Of a DNA stretch of 64,000 nucleotides, positions 1-9,672 are shown one piece after another (positions within the stretch are counted from its first letter, which is position 1; every line of letters begins with the position of its first letter). The DNA lies in contig JAHITY010000015.1 of NCBI GenBank assembly GCA_018817165.1, positions 36,354 through 100,353 of the forward strand, written 5' to 3'. The notes under the pieces are model-generated. The model had not been told where the DNA came from. It did no database searches and was given only the letters and a program-made list of their open reading frames with translations. The translations under genes were made by a program, and so were the position numbers. Source of the stretch: Candidatus Omnitrophota bacterium. GTDB taxonomy: Bacteria > Omnitrophota > Gorgyraeia > B26-G9.

Positions 1-2968
1 TTCCTAACCCTTGTTTCCTAGCAATATTTATAAAGTCAATCAATAGTATGCCATTATTAACAACAATTCCTCCAAGCATTATGAACCCTAAAACAACCAC
101 AACACTAAGCGGTGTATGGGTAAAGTAAAGTACCCAGCTTACTCCAATCAATGATAAAGGAACAGTAAACATAATAATAAACGGCTGAATTAAAGATTCA
201 AATTCCGATGCCATAATCATATAAACCAGCAACAATGCAAGAATAAGCGCAAACTTCATGCTCTTAAAAGACTCTTCCATTTCCTTATTTTCTCCACCCA
301 GCTCAATAGCATAATTAGTCGGCAATTCCATTTTTATATTTTCAATGATCTTTTCCACGTCTGGAACAATTTCGTTTAAACCACGCTTATAAATATTCGC
401 ACTAACAAAAACCACTCTTTGTTTACTTTCCCGTTTAATTTCCGTAGGTCCAAGGCCTCGCGTTAAATAGGCTACTTGTTCCAAGAATATATTAATCCCC
501 AGCGGAGAATAAATAAATAACTTGCTGATTTTACCATAATCCTTACTATCTTCTTTTCTTAAACGAACACGAATATCTATTTCACGGCCTTCTTCTTTAA
601 ACTTAGATGCAACATACCCCCTGATTGCTGCCTGAGCAATCGAAGATATCTGATTTACACTCAACTGATATAATGCCGCTCGATCTTTTCTAACAACTAT
701 TTTTATTTCTGGGCTAGGAGGACTCAAGCTGTCTTTTATTCCATAAACCCCTTCAACTTTTTCCAGTTGTTTTTCAATTTCTTTAGCAGTAGGAATAAGT
801 ATTCCTTCCATATCAAAACCGCGGAGAATAATTACCAGAGGAGCACTCCCAGCAAAAGCTGATTTAAACACACTTTCCTGTAATATATACTCGATATGCG
901 CATCCTGCAAATCTACTGTTTCCAGATGATTTTTTATTTGCTGAATCAAGTCCGAAGTTCCTATATTATAAGCCTCATCAGTAGCTTCTTCCTTTTTAAA
1001 CAAACTCATTATGCCCCGATCAGGCCGCGAATGAAGATTAGCAATAATATTCGCCTGATTAGCGCCCAGCACTTCAACCGCCCCGGTTTTTTTAGCCTCT
1101 TTACTTGATCCAATATTTACAGTAACATCTTTTATCGCATCAAAGCTAAGTACCGAATCCTCGACTCTACGCACCACCGCATCAGTTGCTCTGAGATTAG
1201 TTCCTGCCGGCATAGTCAATTTTATAACAAATTGTCTTTGATCCAATTTTGGCATAAATTCTCGATCCAAGGTTAAAAGCAGCTTTAAACTAAGAAAAGC
1301 AACTAAAAGTGTCCCGACAATTATACTTATAACAATAATATAAGGAACTATTCCTTTATACTGTTTGCCGCCTTTAAGCTTTTGCATTTCAATGATTTTA
1401 TTTTCATCAGCGCCTAATGATATTTTGCCGATTTTCCCCATCGACATAAACATGGGAGTCAAACTCATCGCGGTTATAACCGAGGCTACCAAAGAAAAAG
1501 TAACTGTTAATGCCAGTTCTTTAAATAACTGACCCGCAATACCAACCACAAATACTAAAGGTAAAAATACCGCAACCGTAGTCAATGTAGATCCGATAAT
1601 CGCGCTAAAAACTTCATTAGTTGCTTCCATCGAAGCGGTTTTTGCGTCTTTTTCCATCTGATGATGACGATAAATGTTTTCAATAACAACAATACCGTTA
1701 TCAACAAGCATACCGACTCCCAGAGCCAGCCCTCCCAATGACATCATATTCAAAGACAGTTTATTGAAAAACATCAGAATAAAAGTAAATAGAATCGCGA
1801 TTGGAATACCCAAAGTAACAACAATCGCGCTGCGCATATTCTTTAGAAAAATCAATAAGATAAAAAAAGCTAGAAAACCTCCCTGCAGAGCATTATCACG
1901 TAATTCATTAATTGATTGAGTTATAAATATAGACTGATCATAAACAACCTTTATATTAACTTCTTCCGGTAAAGTTTGTTTCAATAATGTCAACTTTTCA
2001 TAAATATACTTATTCACTGCCATAGTATTAGCATCAGCCTGCTTTTGGACACTCATTGAAATATTATCCAAACCATTATATCGAGAAACACTATCTTGCT
2101 CTTTTAGAGTATCTTTAACTTCCCCTAATTGACGCAGATATAATACTCTTTTGCTTCTTTCTTTTTCTTCCGCACTAATTTGCTCAGGATTACGCCGCTC
2201 TTCCTCATCAGTTTTATCTTCAATCAGCAAAGGCACTTCATACATTTCGCTAACTTTTGTAAATTCACCAATTGTCCGTATCAGATATTCATAAAAGCTT
2301 GTTTCAATCGTTCCGGCAGGGTAATTTAGATTAGCCTGTTTTATTAATTCAATAACATCCATTATCGAAACATTAAACGCCCGCAAACGCTGCTGATTAA
2401 GTTCAACAACAATTTCTCTTTCTCTGCCTCCAGTCATGACAACCTGAGCAACCCCATCTATTTTTTCAAGTTCGTCTTTAATAACCCGTCGAGAAATTTC
2501 CCTTAATTCATAAGGCGACAATGCTTCTCCCTTACTCGTAACACTTAGAATCATAATCGGAGTATCAAAAGGATTAAACTTCATAACAATCGGCTCATCA
2601 GCATCACGCGGAAGTTTTTCTTTGATCAAATCAACTTTCTCGCGTACATTCAAGCCGGCGAAATCCATATTAGTATTCCAATTAAATTCGCAAATAACAA
2701 TACTGCTGCCTTCCCGGGAAGTAGAACTAACCTTTCGAATATTAGCCGCGGCACTTACTGATTCTTCAATTGGACGGGTAATTAATGCCTCTATTTCTTC
2801 CGGAGCCGCATTTTCATAAGAAGTAACTACAGTTATCTGCGGATAATTAATCGGTGGAAAAAGTTCCTGAGAAAGACGGCTCCAGGAGATTACTCCTAGG
2901 AGAATAACTCCAGCAGTAAACATTAAGATTGTAACTGGCTTTTTAACTGAAAATTCTGGAAGACTCAT
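1..2968 (-). CDS. RND efflux permease (AcrB/HAE1 family). Partial: the C-terminus lies beyond the window start.
   Basis: The minus strand is open across this region. The reverse-complement start codon at 2966-2968 gives MSLPEFSVKKPVTILM. An internal stretch reads MSLGGLALGVG, which matches the conserved AcrB motif. The ORF track lists nothing because the gene is truncated at the window edge. The membrane fusion protein and outer membrane factor genes sit immediately upstream. Confidence 0.85.
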   Translation of the reverse strand, partial: MSLPEFSVKKPVTILMFTAGVILLGVISWSRLSQELFPPINYPQITVVTSYENAAPEEIEALITRPIEESVSAAANIRKVSSTSREGSSIVICEFNWNTNMDFAGLNVREKVDLIKEKLPRDADEPIVMKFNPFDTPIMILSVTSKGEALSPYELREISRRVIKDELEKIDGVAQVVMTGGREREIVVELNQQRLRAFNVSIMDVIELIKQANLNYPAGTIETSFYEYLIRTIGEFTKVSEMYEVPLLIEDKTDEEERRNPEQISAEEKERSKRVLYLRQLGEVKDTLKEQDSVSRYNGLDNISMSVQKQADANTMAVNKYIYEKLTLLKQTLPEEVNIKVVYDQSIFITQSINELRDNALQGGFLAFFILLIFLKNMRSAIVVTLGIPIAILFTFILMFFNKLSLNMMSLGGLALGVGMLVDNGIVVIENIYRHHQMEKDAKTASMEATNEVFSAIIGSTLTTVAVFLPLVFVVGIAGQLFKELALTVTFSLVASVITAMSLTPMFMSMGKIGKISLGADENKIIEMQKLKGGKQYKGIVPYIIVISIIVGTLLVAFLSLKLLLTLDREFMPKLDQRQFVIKLTMPAGTNLRATDAVVRRVEDSVLSFDAIKDVTVNIGSSKEAKKTGAVEVLGANQANIIANLHSRPDRGIMSLFKKEEATDEAYNIGTSDLIQQIKNHLETVDLQDAHIEYILQESVFKSAFAGSAPLVIILRGFDMEGILIPTAKEIEKQLEKVEGVYGIKDSLSPPSPEIKIVVRKDRAALYQLSVNQISSIAQAAIRGYVASKFKEEGREIDIRVRLRKEDSKDYGKISKLFIYSPLGINIFLEQVAYLTRGLGPTEIKRESKQRVVFVSANIYKRGLNEIVPDVEKIIENIKMELPTNYAIELGGENKEMEESFKSMKFALILALLLVYMIMASEFESLIQPFIIMFTVPLSLIGVSWVLYFTHTPLSVVVVLGFIMLGGIVVNNGILLIDFINIARKQGLG

Positions 2969-3039
2969 AATTTATTCTTTATTGTTAGGACAGAAAATTC
3001 AAAAAATTTAAACTTTAAATTTTAAGTCATGGTAAATTA

Positions 3040-4218
3040 TTACATTTCACGAACCTGTATTTCGGTTATTTGAACCGGAGTTCCGGAAGTTAATTGTTCC
3101 ACATTAGAAATCGACACCAAATCTCCCTCTTTTAATCCTCTGACTATTTCAATATAATCAGTTGATTCATATCCGGTTTCAACTAAACGTTCCTGAGCTG
3201 AATTGGTTGCTTCGTCAACAACATATACCATATAAGCATCCTGCATCTTTTTTAAAGCAATCCGGGGGATACTGATCACCCCGGGTTTTTCAAAAAGAAT
3301 TATATCCGCGCGCGTAAACATCCCTGGCATTAATATCCGGCGCGAGTTATCAATTTTTATTTCAACTGGCAATGTTCGGGTTTTATCAGATAAAGCAGGA
3401 TAAATATTATCAATAATTCCGTCAAAAGGAAGCTCAGGATAAGCATCAACATATACTCTAGCTAATTGACCAATTTTTAATTTGGTAACATCTCTTTCAA
3501 CAACACCTATCTCAGCATAAACCGTGTTTACATCAATAATTTGGATTGCTTTCGGAGTATACGGCGATACCAATTCCCCCACTTCTATATTGCGTTCACC
3601 AATTATACAGTCAGTCGGAGCATACATCTCCGTTTTCTTTAATTCCTCTTTGGCTGATTCAATCTCAACCTGAGCTGCTTCTACTTGGTGTTTGGCAGTT
3701 CCCGCTTCTGATTCAACTTCAGAAAGTTTAAGTCTATTTATCGCTCCGATATCAAACAACTGCTGATGCAATTTAACCTTCTTTTCTGATTGCGCTAAAC
3801 TAACCATAGCTGATTTTAATTTTGCTCGGTTATAATCAATTTTCAGCAATGCTTCTTGTTGTTTCAATCTTGAAATCAATTGCCCCTCTTTAACCACATC
3901 CCCCTCGCGATAATTGATTAATTCCACAAGCCCAGGAGCTTCAAAATTCAGCTTAGTCGTTATCAGCGCTTTTATTGATCCCATTGTCGGCAAAACATCT
4001 TCAAACGTAGCACGAGAAATTTTATAAACTTTTATCGATAAGCCTCGCTTAATCAGAGTCCTTTTTGCTTCGGGTTCTTTATCAAAAGACATTTCTCTTC
4101 TAATTTCATCTTCCTGCTGTTTATCTTTATTAAGCCAATCACCTTTTTCAATCCCCCACCAAACAATTCCAATTATGATTATCAGTACAGCAATAAAAAT
4201 GAATGTAGATTTTCTCAT
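3040..4218 (-). CDS. RND efflux membrane fusion protein (HlyD/AcrA-family periplasmic adaptor)
   Basis: 392 aa with an N-terminal TM helix, then coiled-coil and beta-barrel/lipoyl-like segments. It lies between a TolC-like gene and the RND permease. Confidence 0.8.
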   Translation of the reverse strand: MRKSTFIFIAVLIIIIGIVWWGIEKGDWLNKDKQQEDEIRREMSFDKEPEAKRTLIKRGLSIKVYKISRATFEDVLPTMGSIKALITTKLNFEAPGLVELINYREGDVVKEGQLISRLKQQEALLKIDYNRAKLKSAMVSLAQSEKKVKLHQQLFDIGAINRLKLSEVESEAGTAKHQVEAAQVEIESAKEELKKTEMYAPTDCIIGERNIEVGELVSPYTPKAIQIIDVNTVYAEIGVVERDVTKLKIGQLARVYVDAYPELPFDGIIDNIYPALSDKTRTLPVEIKIDNSRRILMPGMFTRADIILFEKPGVISIPRIALKKMQDAYMVYVVDEATNSAQERLVETGYESTDYIEIVRGLKEGDLVSISNVEQLTSGTPVQITEIQVREM

Positions 4219-4274
4219 TTACGACCTCCTCAAAAACTTACGATAAACCCGAATTAAGCCATTCCGACTAAATA

Positions 4275-6416
4275 TTAGTGGAAATAATTTATAACTCCTA
4301 TTGCCCGATTTAAACTACCTATGGACAAATTAATCCCAGCTAGTGCCTGTTGCATATTTGAATTTGCTTCAACAAGCTGAATTTCCGCATCAATAACATC
4401 TGCTCCGCTTGCTTCATTCATCCCCTTTTTAGTTCTGGCTATTTCCAACTGCTTACGACGATAGCCGATCTCATTTATTGCTAAAGATAATTGCACGCTA
4501 TATTTCTGATATGAATAATATGAATCTTCAGTCTCTTGGCGAATTTTATTTTTCATTTCTTCATAATCTTTTAAAGCTTGTTTTCTCGTAATTTGCGCTT
4601 CTTTTTCCTTAGAAAAATGGGCTAGATTATCCCAAAAAGAAAATTTAGCATTTAAGGCCTGCGAATCTACACTTGTATCTGTTTTGGTGACTTGAAACGG
4701 ACTTACTTTGTCTTTTTTATAAAAAGTTTCAACGGTATTACCGCCGATAAACCATTTAACTTTACCCATAAGCGACCACTCAGTCGCAAGGTTCAAATCT
4801 CTTTGACTAAAAGCTTCACCGCTTCGGCCATAAGACCCTACTAAAGAAATATTTGGCAGTTCTTCACTTTTGATTATATCCTGAGTATATTTAGCAGCTT
4901 GCATGGTTTGCTCCATGACCTTAATTTCCGCTCTATGCCTAAAAGCTAATTCCAAACACTCGTCTAACTTAACATTTATTTTCTTTCTGCCTAAATGATA
5001 ATCCAGCTCATCCACATTAAGCTCTGCGGTAAACATTTCTTTTTCTAAAGCCAGCCTTGCCATAGCCACGCCCCGCTCGGCATTAGCTACTTGAAAACAA
5101 ACCCGGTTAAACGAAGCTTGAGCACTTAATAATTCCGCTGGGGTAGCTGACTCGATAATAAATTCTGCTTCAACTTTTTCCAAAATTTTCCCCGTATCTT
5201 CTTTCAAGCGCAGCATCATATCAAAAGTTATCTTTGCCAAAACCAGCTCGTAATAAGCTTTGCTTACCTGAAACATCAAATCCTGTTTAATTCTATCAGT
5301 ATTCCCTTTGGAAATTGTCAATCCCAGCTGTTCTTTTCTTAAAGTTGCCATTAATTTTCCACCCGAAAATAGCTGTTGTTCAGCCTGCAAAGCATAAGAA
5401 CGGCCTCGATATGGCTCTGTTACGGTATGGCCGTCAGATTCATTCCACTCCCCAAGAAATGCCGGATAAAAAGCCCTTCTTGCTTCACGCACACGCAATT
5501 TGGCTAATTTTTCCTGCTCTTGAGCTATTTGCACCGGTAAATTAGCAGCCAAAGCAACATTAATACAATCCTGATAACTGGTAATATTAGTGCTGCTGGC
5601 ACGTTTGAGCATTGGTTTTATTTCAGAAGGCATATTAATATCCTGATAAAGACTTGTTTCAACCATCTGTTTGCGAGCTGATGGCAAAGTACTTAAATCT
5701 GTTTGAGCTTGAAGTTTCTGCTTAACCTCCTGCATAACAGTACCAGATTCAACCCGGTCTTTCGCCTTATCTCTTACTAAAGATACCTTTTCCTTGCTTT
5801 CCGACCGAATAAGCTCAATTCTTTTTTTCTGCGTAAATTCTTCTAATTTTTCTCGTGCTTTCTTTGTTTCAAAATCCTTGGAAGCCTTTACTATTTTTAT
5901 TTGTTCCGAAGGCGCCATGTCATTATCTCTTGTCGCCAAACTCTCTTTTTGCGCAGGTCCGCTAGCAGGTAACACTTTCAGATTAATATACTGTCCATTA
6001 AACTGAGCATCCAAATCGTATTTAAATTCTCTGTCTAATTCAATAAAAATGCTGACAGATTCGCTAGGACTCATATTATAGTTTATTTTTTCCGCAACAA
6101 TAATCTTGTTAATACCCATATAGTTAACCGGGATTTCTATCGGAATATTTTCATATTGTTTAAAAGTTACTTTTGCTCCAAGAATATTGATTGTCAGACG
6201 ATACGGACGTTCGCTTTGATCAACAGTAAACAAAACCGGTGGCCGAGAATGTTCTATATTAAGATCAATCCCATAATTTGTTTTAACAATATCAAAGTTT
6301 TTTAATGAAGCAGCTTGATCAGCCAGACAATACGAGGAGAAAAACAAGACAAGACATCCGATAAACATCGAGAGAACAGTAATTTTTTTAAATTCTATTT
6401 GCGGCATCTTACGCAA
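4275..6416 (-). CDS. TolC-like outer membrane efflux factor with a ~285-aa N-terminal extension
   Basis: The C-terminal ~430 aa have the alpha-helical/beta-barrel repeat pattern of outer membrane factor proteins. The N-terminus has a signal peptide, a beta-rich module and a charged coiled-coil linker. It is the first gene of the operon, followed by the adaptor and RND pump. Confidence 0.7.
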   Translation of the reverse strand: MRKMPQIEFKKITVLSMFIGCLVLFFSSYCLADQAASLKNFDIVKTNYGIDLNIEHSRPPVLFTVDQSERPYRLTINILGAKVTFKQYENIPIEIPVNYMGINKIIVAEKINYNMSPSESVSIFIELDREFKYDLDAQFNGQYINLKVLPASGPAQKESLATRDNDMAPSEQIKIVKASKDFETKKAREKLEEFTQKKRIELIRSESKEKVSLVRDKAKDRVESGTVMQEVKQKLQAQTDLSTLPSARKQMVETSLYQDINMPSEIKPMLKRASSTNITSYQDCINVALAANLPVQIAQEQEKLAKLRVREARRAFYPAFLGEWNESDGHTVTEPYRGRSYALQAEQQLFSGGKLMATLRKEQLGLTISKGNTDRIKQDLMFQVSKAYYELVLAKITFDMMLRLKEDTGKILEKVEAEFIIESATPAELLSAQASFNRVCFQVANAERGVAMARLALEKEMFTAELNVDELDYHLGRKKINVKLDECLELAFRHRAEIKVMEQTMQAAKYTQDIIKSEELPNISLVGSYGRSGEAFSQRDLNLATEWSLMGKVKWFIGGNTVETFYKKDKVSPFQVTKTDTSVDSQALNAKFSFWDNLAHFSKEKEAQITRKQALKDYEEMKNKIRQETEDSYYSYQKYSVQLSLAINEIGYRRKQLEIARTKKGMNEASGADVIDAEIQLVEANSNMQQALAGINLSIGSLNRAIGVINYFH

Positions 6417-6545
6417 TTCCTTTTGCTAAGATAATAATACTTAATGAAAATATTTTATATGTCTTATTATATTGTTTTTACGTGGGTTATGTCAATAAAA
6501 AATTAAATTTAAATATTCAAAATAAAAAAACTTTCATTCCCTACC

Positions 6546-7634
6546 TCACGGAATTATTCTCAGATCATCTCTTAGCCAGGAATAAAGAATGTCCGCAACC
6601 AGTTTATGTCCGACCAAATTAAAGTGGCATCCCCCTTGAGGTATAATCTTCAGATCAGTCAAATCAATCCCTCGAAGCTTAAACTGATAAAACAAATCAA
6701 GTGTTTTAAAATTAAACTCTTTATCGCCGGCTTGTTTTATCCAAAGGTCCATATCATCTTTGTTTTTTAATTCCGGCACAAGCATAAGCCCAAATTCAAA
6801 ATTTTCCTGTTCAGACAATCTTTTAAACTCTTGAAAAATCTGTTTATTTATTCGCATCGACTCAGCTAAATTATTGCAACCAGCATATTTATACGCTTGC
6901 GGTATATATTTACCCGGATTCCTTAGACTGATAAAATCATAAACAGATTTATTAATAAATCGATACACCGCTGAATGTTTTATAAAAAATCGATCGATTT
7001 TTGGATTAATCGGAATTAGTTTTGGAAAGTTTACCACAAAATATTGCCCCATATCTATGTGCTTATGTCTCTCAGACCCATAAGCGCCTGGCAAAATAAC
7101 TGCATTGCGATAATAATCATCGTTTAAAAATTGAAAAATCACAAGATCAGGCTGGTAATCAATCAGCCTATTTTTCAGTAGAATGAATTTTTGAACAGCA
7201 TTGTACGCGCAAACACCCGCATTAAGCACTTCAAATTTAATGCCTGAGACTGGATTACTATTGAGTTTTTCTTCAAGCAATTTTGGATATGTTTGCTCAA
7301 TTAAATATTCTGTTCCAAAAGTAACCGAATCACCTAAAACAATTATTCGATAAACGTTTTCCGGCTTGGGAATAATATATTCTCTGTCCCTTATCCCACG
7401 GGAATTTATTTTAAAAAACCCGTTTTCCGTATTTGCGCCAGGAATCAATTCATAAGATAAACCGGGAAGTTTGGAAATTTTATGTAAAGCCGGTTTAGCA
7501 TGCTGCACATATACAGTGGTATCAAAAATGAATTTACTTTCATTGATTAAAAAGATTTTCTCGATTAAAAAAAAGATCAACAAAAAGGAGAATAAAAATA
7601 TGGCCAGTTTTTTCGCTAGAAAATTAATTTTCAT
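6546..7634 (-). CDS. SGNH/GDSL-family hydrolase, membrane anchored
   Basis: N-terminal TM helix and a VLGDSVTFG block (GDS motif). Confidence 0.6.
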   Translation of the reverse strand: MKINFLAKKLAIFLFSFLLIFFLIEKIFLINESKFIFDTTVYVQHAKPALHKISKLPGLSYELIPGANTENGFFKINSRGIRDREYIIPKPENVYRIIVLGDSVTFGTEYLIEQTYPKLLEEKLNSNPVSGIKFEVLNAGVCAYNAVQKFILLKNRLIDYQPDLVIFQFLNDDYYRNAVILPGAYGSERHKHIDMGQYFVVNFPKLIPINPKIDRFFIKHSAVYRFINKSVYDFISLRNPGKYIPQAYKYAGCNNLAESMRINKQIFQEFKRLSEQENFEFGLMLVPELKNKDDMDLWIKQAGDKEFNFKTLDLFYQFKLRGIDLTDLKIIPQGGCHFNLVGHKLVADILYSWLRDDLRIIP

Positions 7635-7652
7635 ATTAAGATATCTTTATTA

Positions 7653-7998
7653 GGGAGAACAAACCTATAAGCCGAGTTCTGTATCCCGCAAAGCGGGACG
7701 ATGATCATTTATCTTGTCCTGTAAATTACTCTACAGGATCCTTGCGACCTAACCCGAGAAATAACAGGCGGACAGCCCTCCTCCTATTTGGTCTTGCTCC
7801 GCGCAGAGATTGCCACGTTTCACCCCTCGACTTCGCTCGGGGTAAACCCCAGGCTTATCGAGATATCGTCACTGCTGCTCTAATCCGCCCACATACAAAG
7901 TATGCAAGGGTGGGTATTACCCACTACGCTGTCCTATGGAGCTCGGACTTTCCTCTACACAGCTTTTGGCTGTGCAGCGACCATCCGGTTTGTTCTCC
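7653..7998 (-). ncRNA. rnpB: RNase P RNA (bacterial type A)
   Basis: The minus strand contains GGAAAGTCCGAGCTCCATAGGACAG (the universal P4 region), GGGTGAAACGTGGCAA and ACAGAACTCGGCTTATAGG near the 3' end. A 12-bp P1 helix pairs the 5' GGAGAACAAACC with the 3' GGTTTGTTCTCC. Length is ~346 nt. Confidence 0.85.
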
Positions 7999-8443
7999 GA
8001 TATTCTATTATGGCATTTTTAGCCAATAAATCTGCTTGGGCATTAAACTCTCGGCGCACATGTTCTATTTTAAAATCAGCAAGTCTGCTAGAAAGTGTAA
8101 TAACCTGATCATGCAAAGTTTTAAGATGCTCTTTTTTTACTTTATATATTCCTTTGAGCTGTTTAACTAAAAGCTCGCTATCACTCTTAACTTCCACGCT
8201 TCTAATCCCCAACTCGATAACTCGTTCCAAGGCAACAATCAAAGCTTTGTATTCAGCATAATTATTTGTTCCCAACCCGGCATACTGCGAAATATTTTCT
8301 TTAAATCCAGTAACTTTATTTTCAATAACAATTCCCAATCCCGTATCACCCGGATTTCCCGAACAGGCGCCGTCAACATTAACTGTAAACATGCTATCTT
8401 TAATTTTCAGATTCGACATATAAAATTCTCGAACAAGTATCAC
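7955..8443 (-). CDS. RNase HI-like ribonuclease. The true start is probably the internal M at ~8419.
   Basis: VDGACSGNPG and AEYKAL blocks, with a C-terminal AQADLLAKNA block typical of the RNase H fold. The last ~15 codons overlap the rnpB 5' end. Confidence 0.65.
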   Translation of the reverse strand: MILVREFYMSNLKIKDSMFTVNVDGACSGNPGDTGLGIVIENKVTGFKENISQYAGLGTNNYAEYKALIVALERVIELGIRSVEVKSDSELLVKQLKGIYKVKKEHLKTLHDQVITLSSRLADFKIEHVRREFNAQADLLAKNAIIEYRRTNRMVAAQPKAV

Positions 8444-9107
8444 AAGTAAGTAGTTTTCCCAAGCTCAACTCATTTAGTACTTGGGCTCTCAAATTCATAA
8501 AACATCCTGAGCAAGAACCATCCCTAACCGGAACAATTGCTATTTCCCCTCTATTTTCCCTGATCCGTTCATATAATTCCAAAACTTCTGGCTTTAAATC
8601 CGCGGGAATAACCGTTTTTCTTTGCACCTGCAATCTACTTAGGGATTCTTCTAACGCTTTAATATCTAATTTAACCAAGGCTTTCGCACTGTCTATTTTT
8701 TTTTCTTCTAAGGATAAGACTTCTTTTTCCTTACTGATCGAAACCTTAATCACGTCTATCTTTTCAAGCAGCATAATTATTTTCTCTTCTAGCAGAGAAT
8801 TATCGGCTTTCATCTTTTCAATCTCTAACTGCAAAGCATTGTATTCTTTATTTGTTTTAATTAAAGGCAATTGACCTTTGTGTTTATTTATTGAAGCTTC
8901 TTTTGCCTGTAATTCAAGATCTTTTTCTTTATGTTCGATCTGAAGTTTTTTATATTCAGCTTCCAAATTCTTTAAAGAAACAGTAAGTTTTTCAAATTCT
9001 TTTTCCAAAAAAGAAATTTTTTTTGGTTTTTCCTCAAGCGCTAGTTTGGTTTGAAAAATCTGACTATCAATTTTCTGCAGTTCTTTAAGTATTTCTATTT
9101 CTTTCAT
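8400..9107 (-). CDS. C4 zinc-ribbon coiled-coil protein (COG1579-like)
   Basis: ~200 aa of heptad-rich coiled coil, followed by a CSGC...N28...CDTC zinc ribbon. Confidence 0.6.
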   Translation of the reverse strand: MKEIEILKELQKIDSQIFQTKLALEEKPKKISFLEKEFEKLTVSLKNLEAEYKKLQIEHKEKDLELQAKEASINKHKGQLPLIKTNKEYNALQLEIEKMKADNSLLEEKIIMLLEKIDVIKVSISKEKEVLSLEEKKIDSAKALVKLDIKALEESLSRLQVQRKTVIPADLKPEVLELYERIRENRGEIAIVPVRDGSCSGCFMNLRAQVLNELSLGKLLTCDTCSRILYVESEN

Positions 9108-9304
9108 AATAAAAATCTTTCTTTGTTAAAATAGCAAAAAAGTGAATTAAAATAAAAAGTACTTCCTCTGTTTTATTATATGTGGCGAGTGCTGAACAAA
9201 AAATTCTGGCATTTTCCATTTTAATTGATGAGAACGCTAAGCCAGTAAAAGAAAACCCTGAATTCGATCTATGGTGTTGATTCCAAACCTTTTGCCGATT
9301 TTAA

Positions 9305-9381
9305 ATGGTGGGCCCACGAGGACTCGAACCTCGGACCAAGAGATTATGAGTCTCCTGCTCTAACCAACTGAGCTATGGGCC
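9305..9381 (-). tRNA. tRNA-Met (anticodon CAT). An Ile2/lysidine tRNA cannot be excluded. CCA is encoded.
   Basis: The reverse complement GGGCCCATAGCTCAGTTGGTTAGAGCAGGAGACTCATAATCTCTTGGTCCGAGGTTCGAGTCCTCGTGGGCCCACCA folds as a cloverleaf with CAT at positions 34-36. Confidence 0.85.
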
Positions 9382-9545
9382 CTAAAAAACAGTAATATAA
9401 AATATAGCAGAATTAGACGAGGAAGTCAAGGAAATGTGAAAAAACAGCGTATAGCGATTAGCGATTAGGAAAAGCAGGAATGCTTGGCTTATAGCTAATG
9501 GCTAATAGTCGCTAGCCAATGGTTTGGCAAAAATCATTTTTTTGT
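9382..9545. repeat. Copy A of a ~150-bp duplicated tRNA-upstream module
   Basis: Aligns with 9673-9840. Shared blocks: agtaatataaaatatagcagaatt, gaggaagtcaag, aaaaacagcgtatagcg, taatggctaatagtcg, tggcaaaaat. Confidence 0.6.
9400..9428 (-). promoter_or_regulatory. Sigma-70-type promoter for tRNA-Met: TTGACT, 17-nt spacer, TATATT
   Basis: On the minus strand TTGACT (9428-9423), a 17-nt spacer and TATATT (9405-9400) lie ~18 nt upstream of the tRNA 5' end. Confidence 0.5.
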
Positions 9546-9595
9546 AGGGGCGGATGGCTGTCCGCCCGTTAAATACTCTACTACATCACTATATT

Positions 9596-9672
9596 TGGTG
9601 GGCGATAGAGGACTCGAACCTCCGACTTTTGCGATGTGAACGCAACGCTCTAACCAACTGAGCTAATCGCCC
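9596..9672 (-). tRNA. tRNA-Val (anticodon CAC). CCA is encoded.
   Basis: The reverse complement GGGCGATTAGCTCAGTTGGTTAGAGCGTTGCGTTCACATCGCAAAAGTCGGAGGTTCGAGTCCTCTATCGCCCACCA has the anticodon loop TTCACAT. Confidence 0.85.

Noticed and set aside
896-2819. Plus-strand ORFs 896-1108, 1674-1919 and 2622-2819
   Set aside because: They are antisense to the long minus-strand RND permease reading frame, which contains conserved AcrB motifs.
7742-8108. Plus-strand ORFs 7742-8029 (95 aa) and 7902-8108 (68 aa)
   Set aside because: They lie antisense within the RNase P RNA gene and the RNase HI gene. The RNA gene explains the sequence conservation, and the ORFs show no protein-like features.
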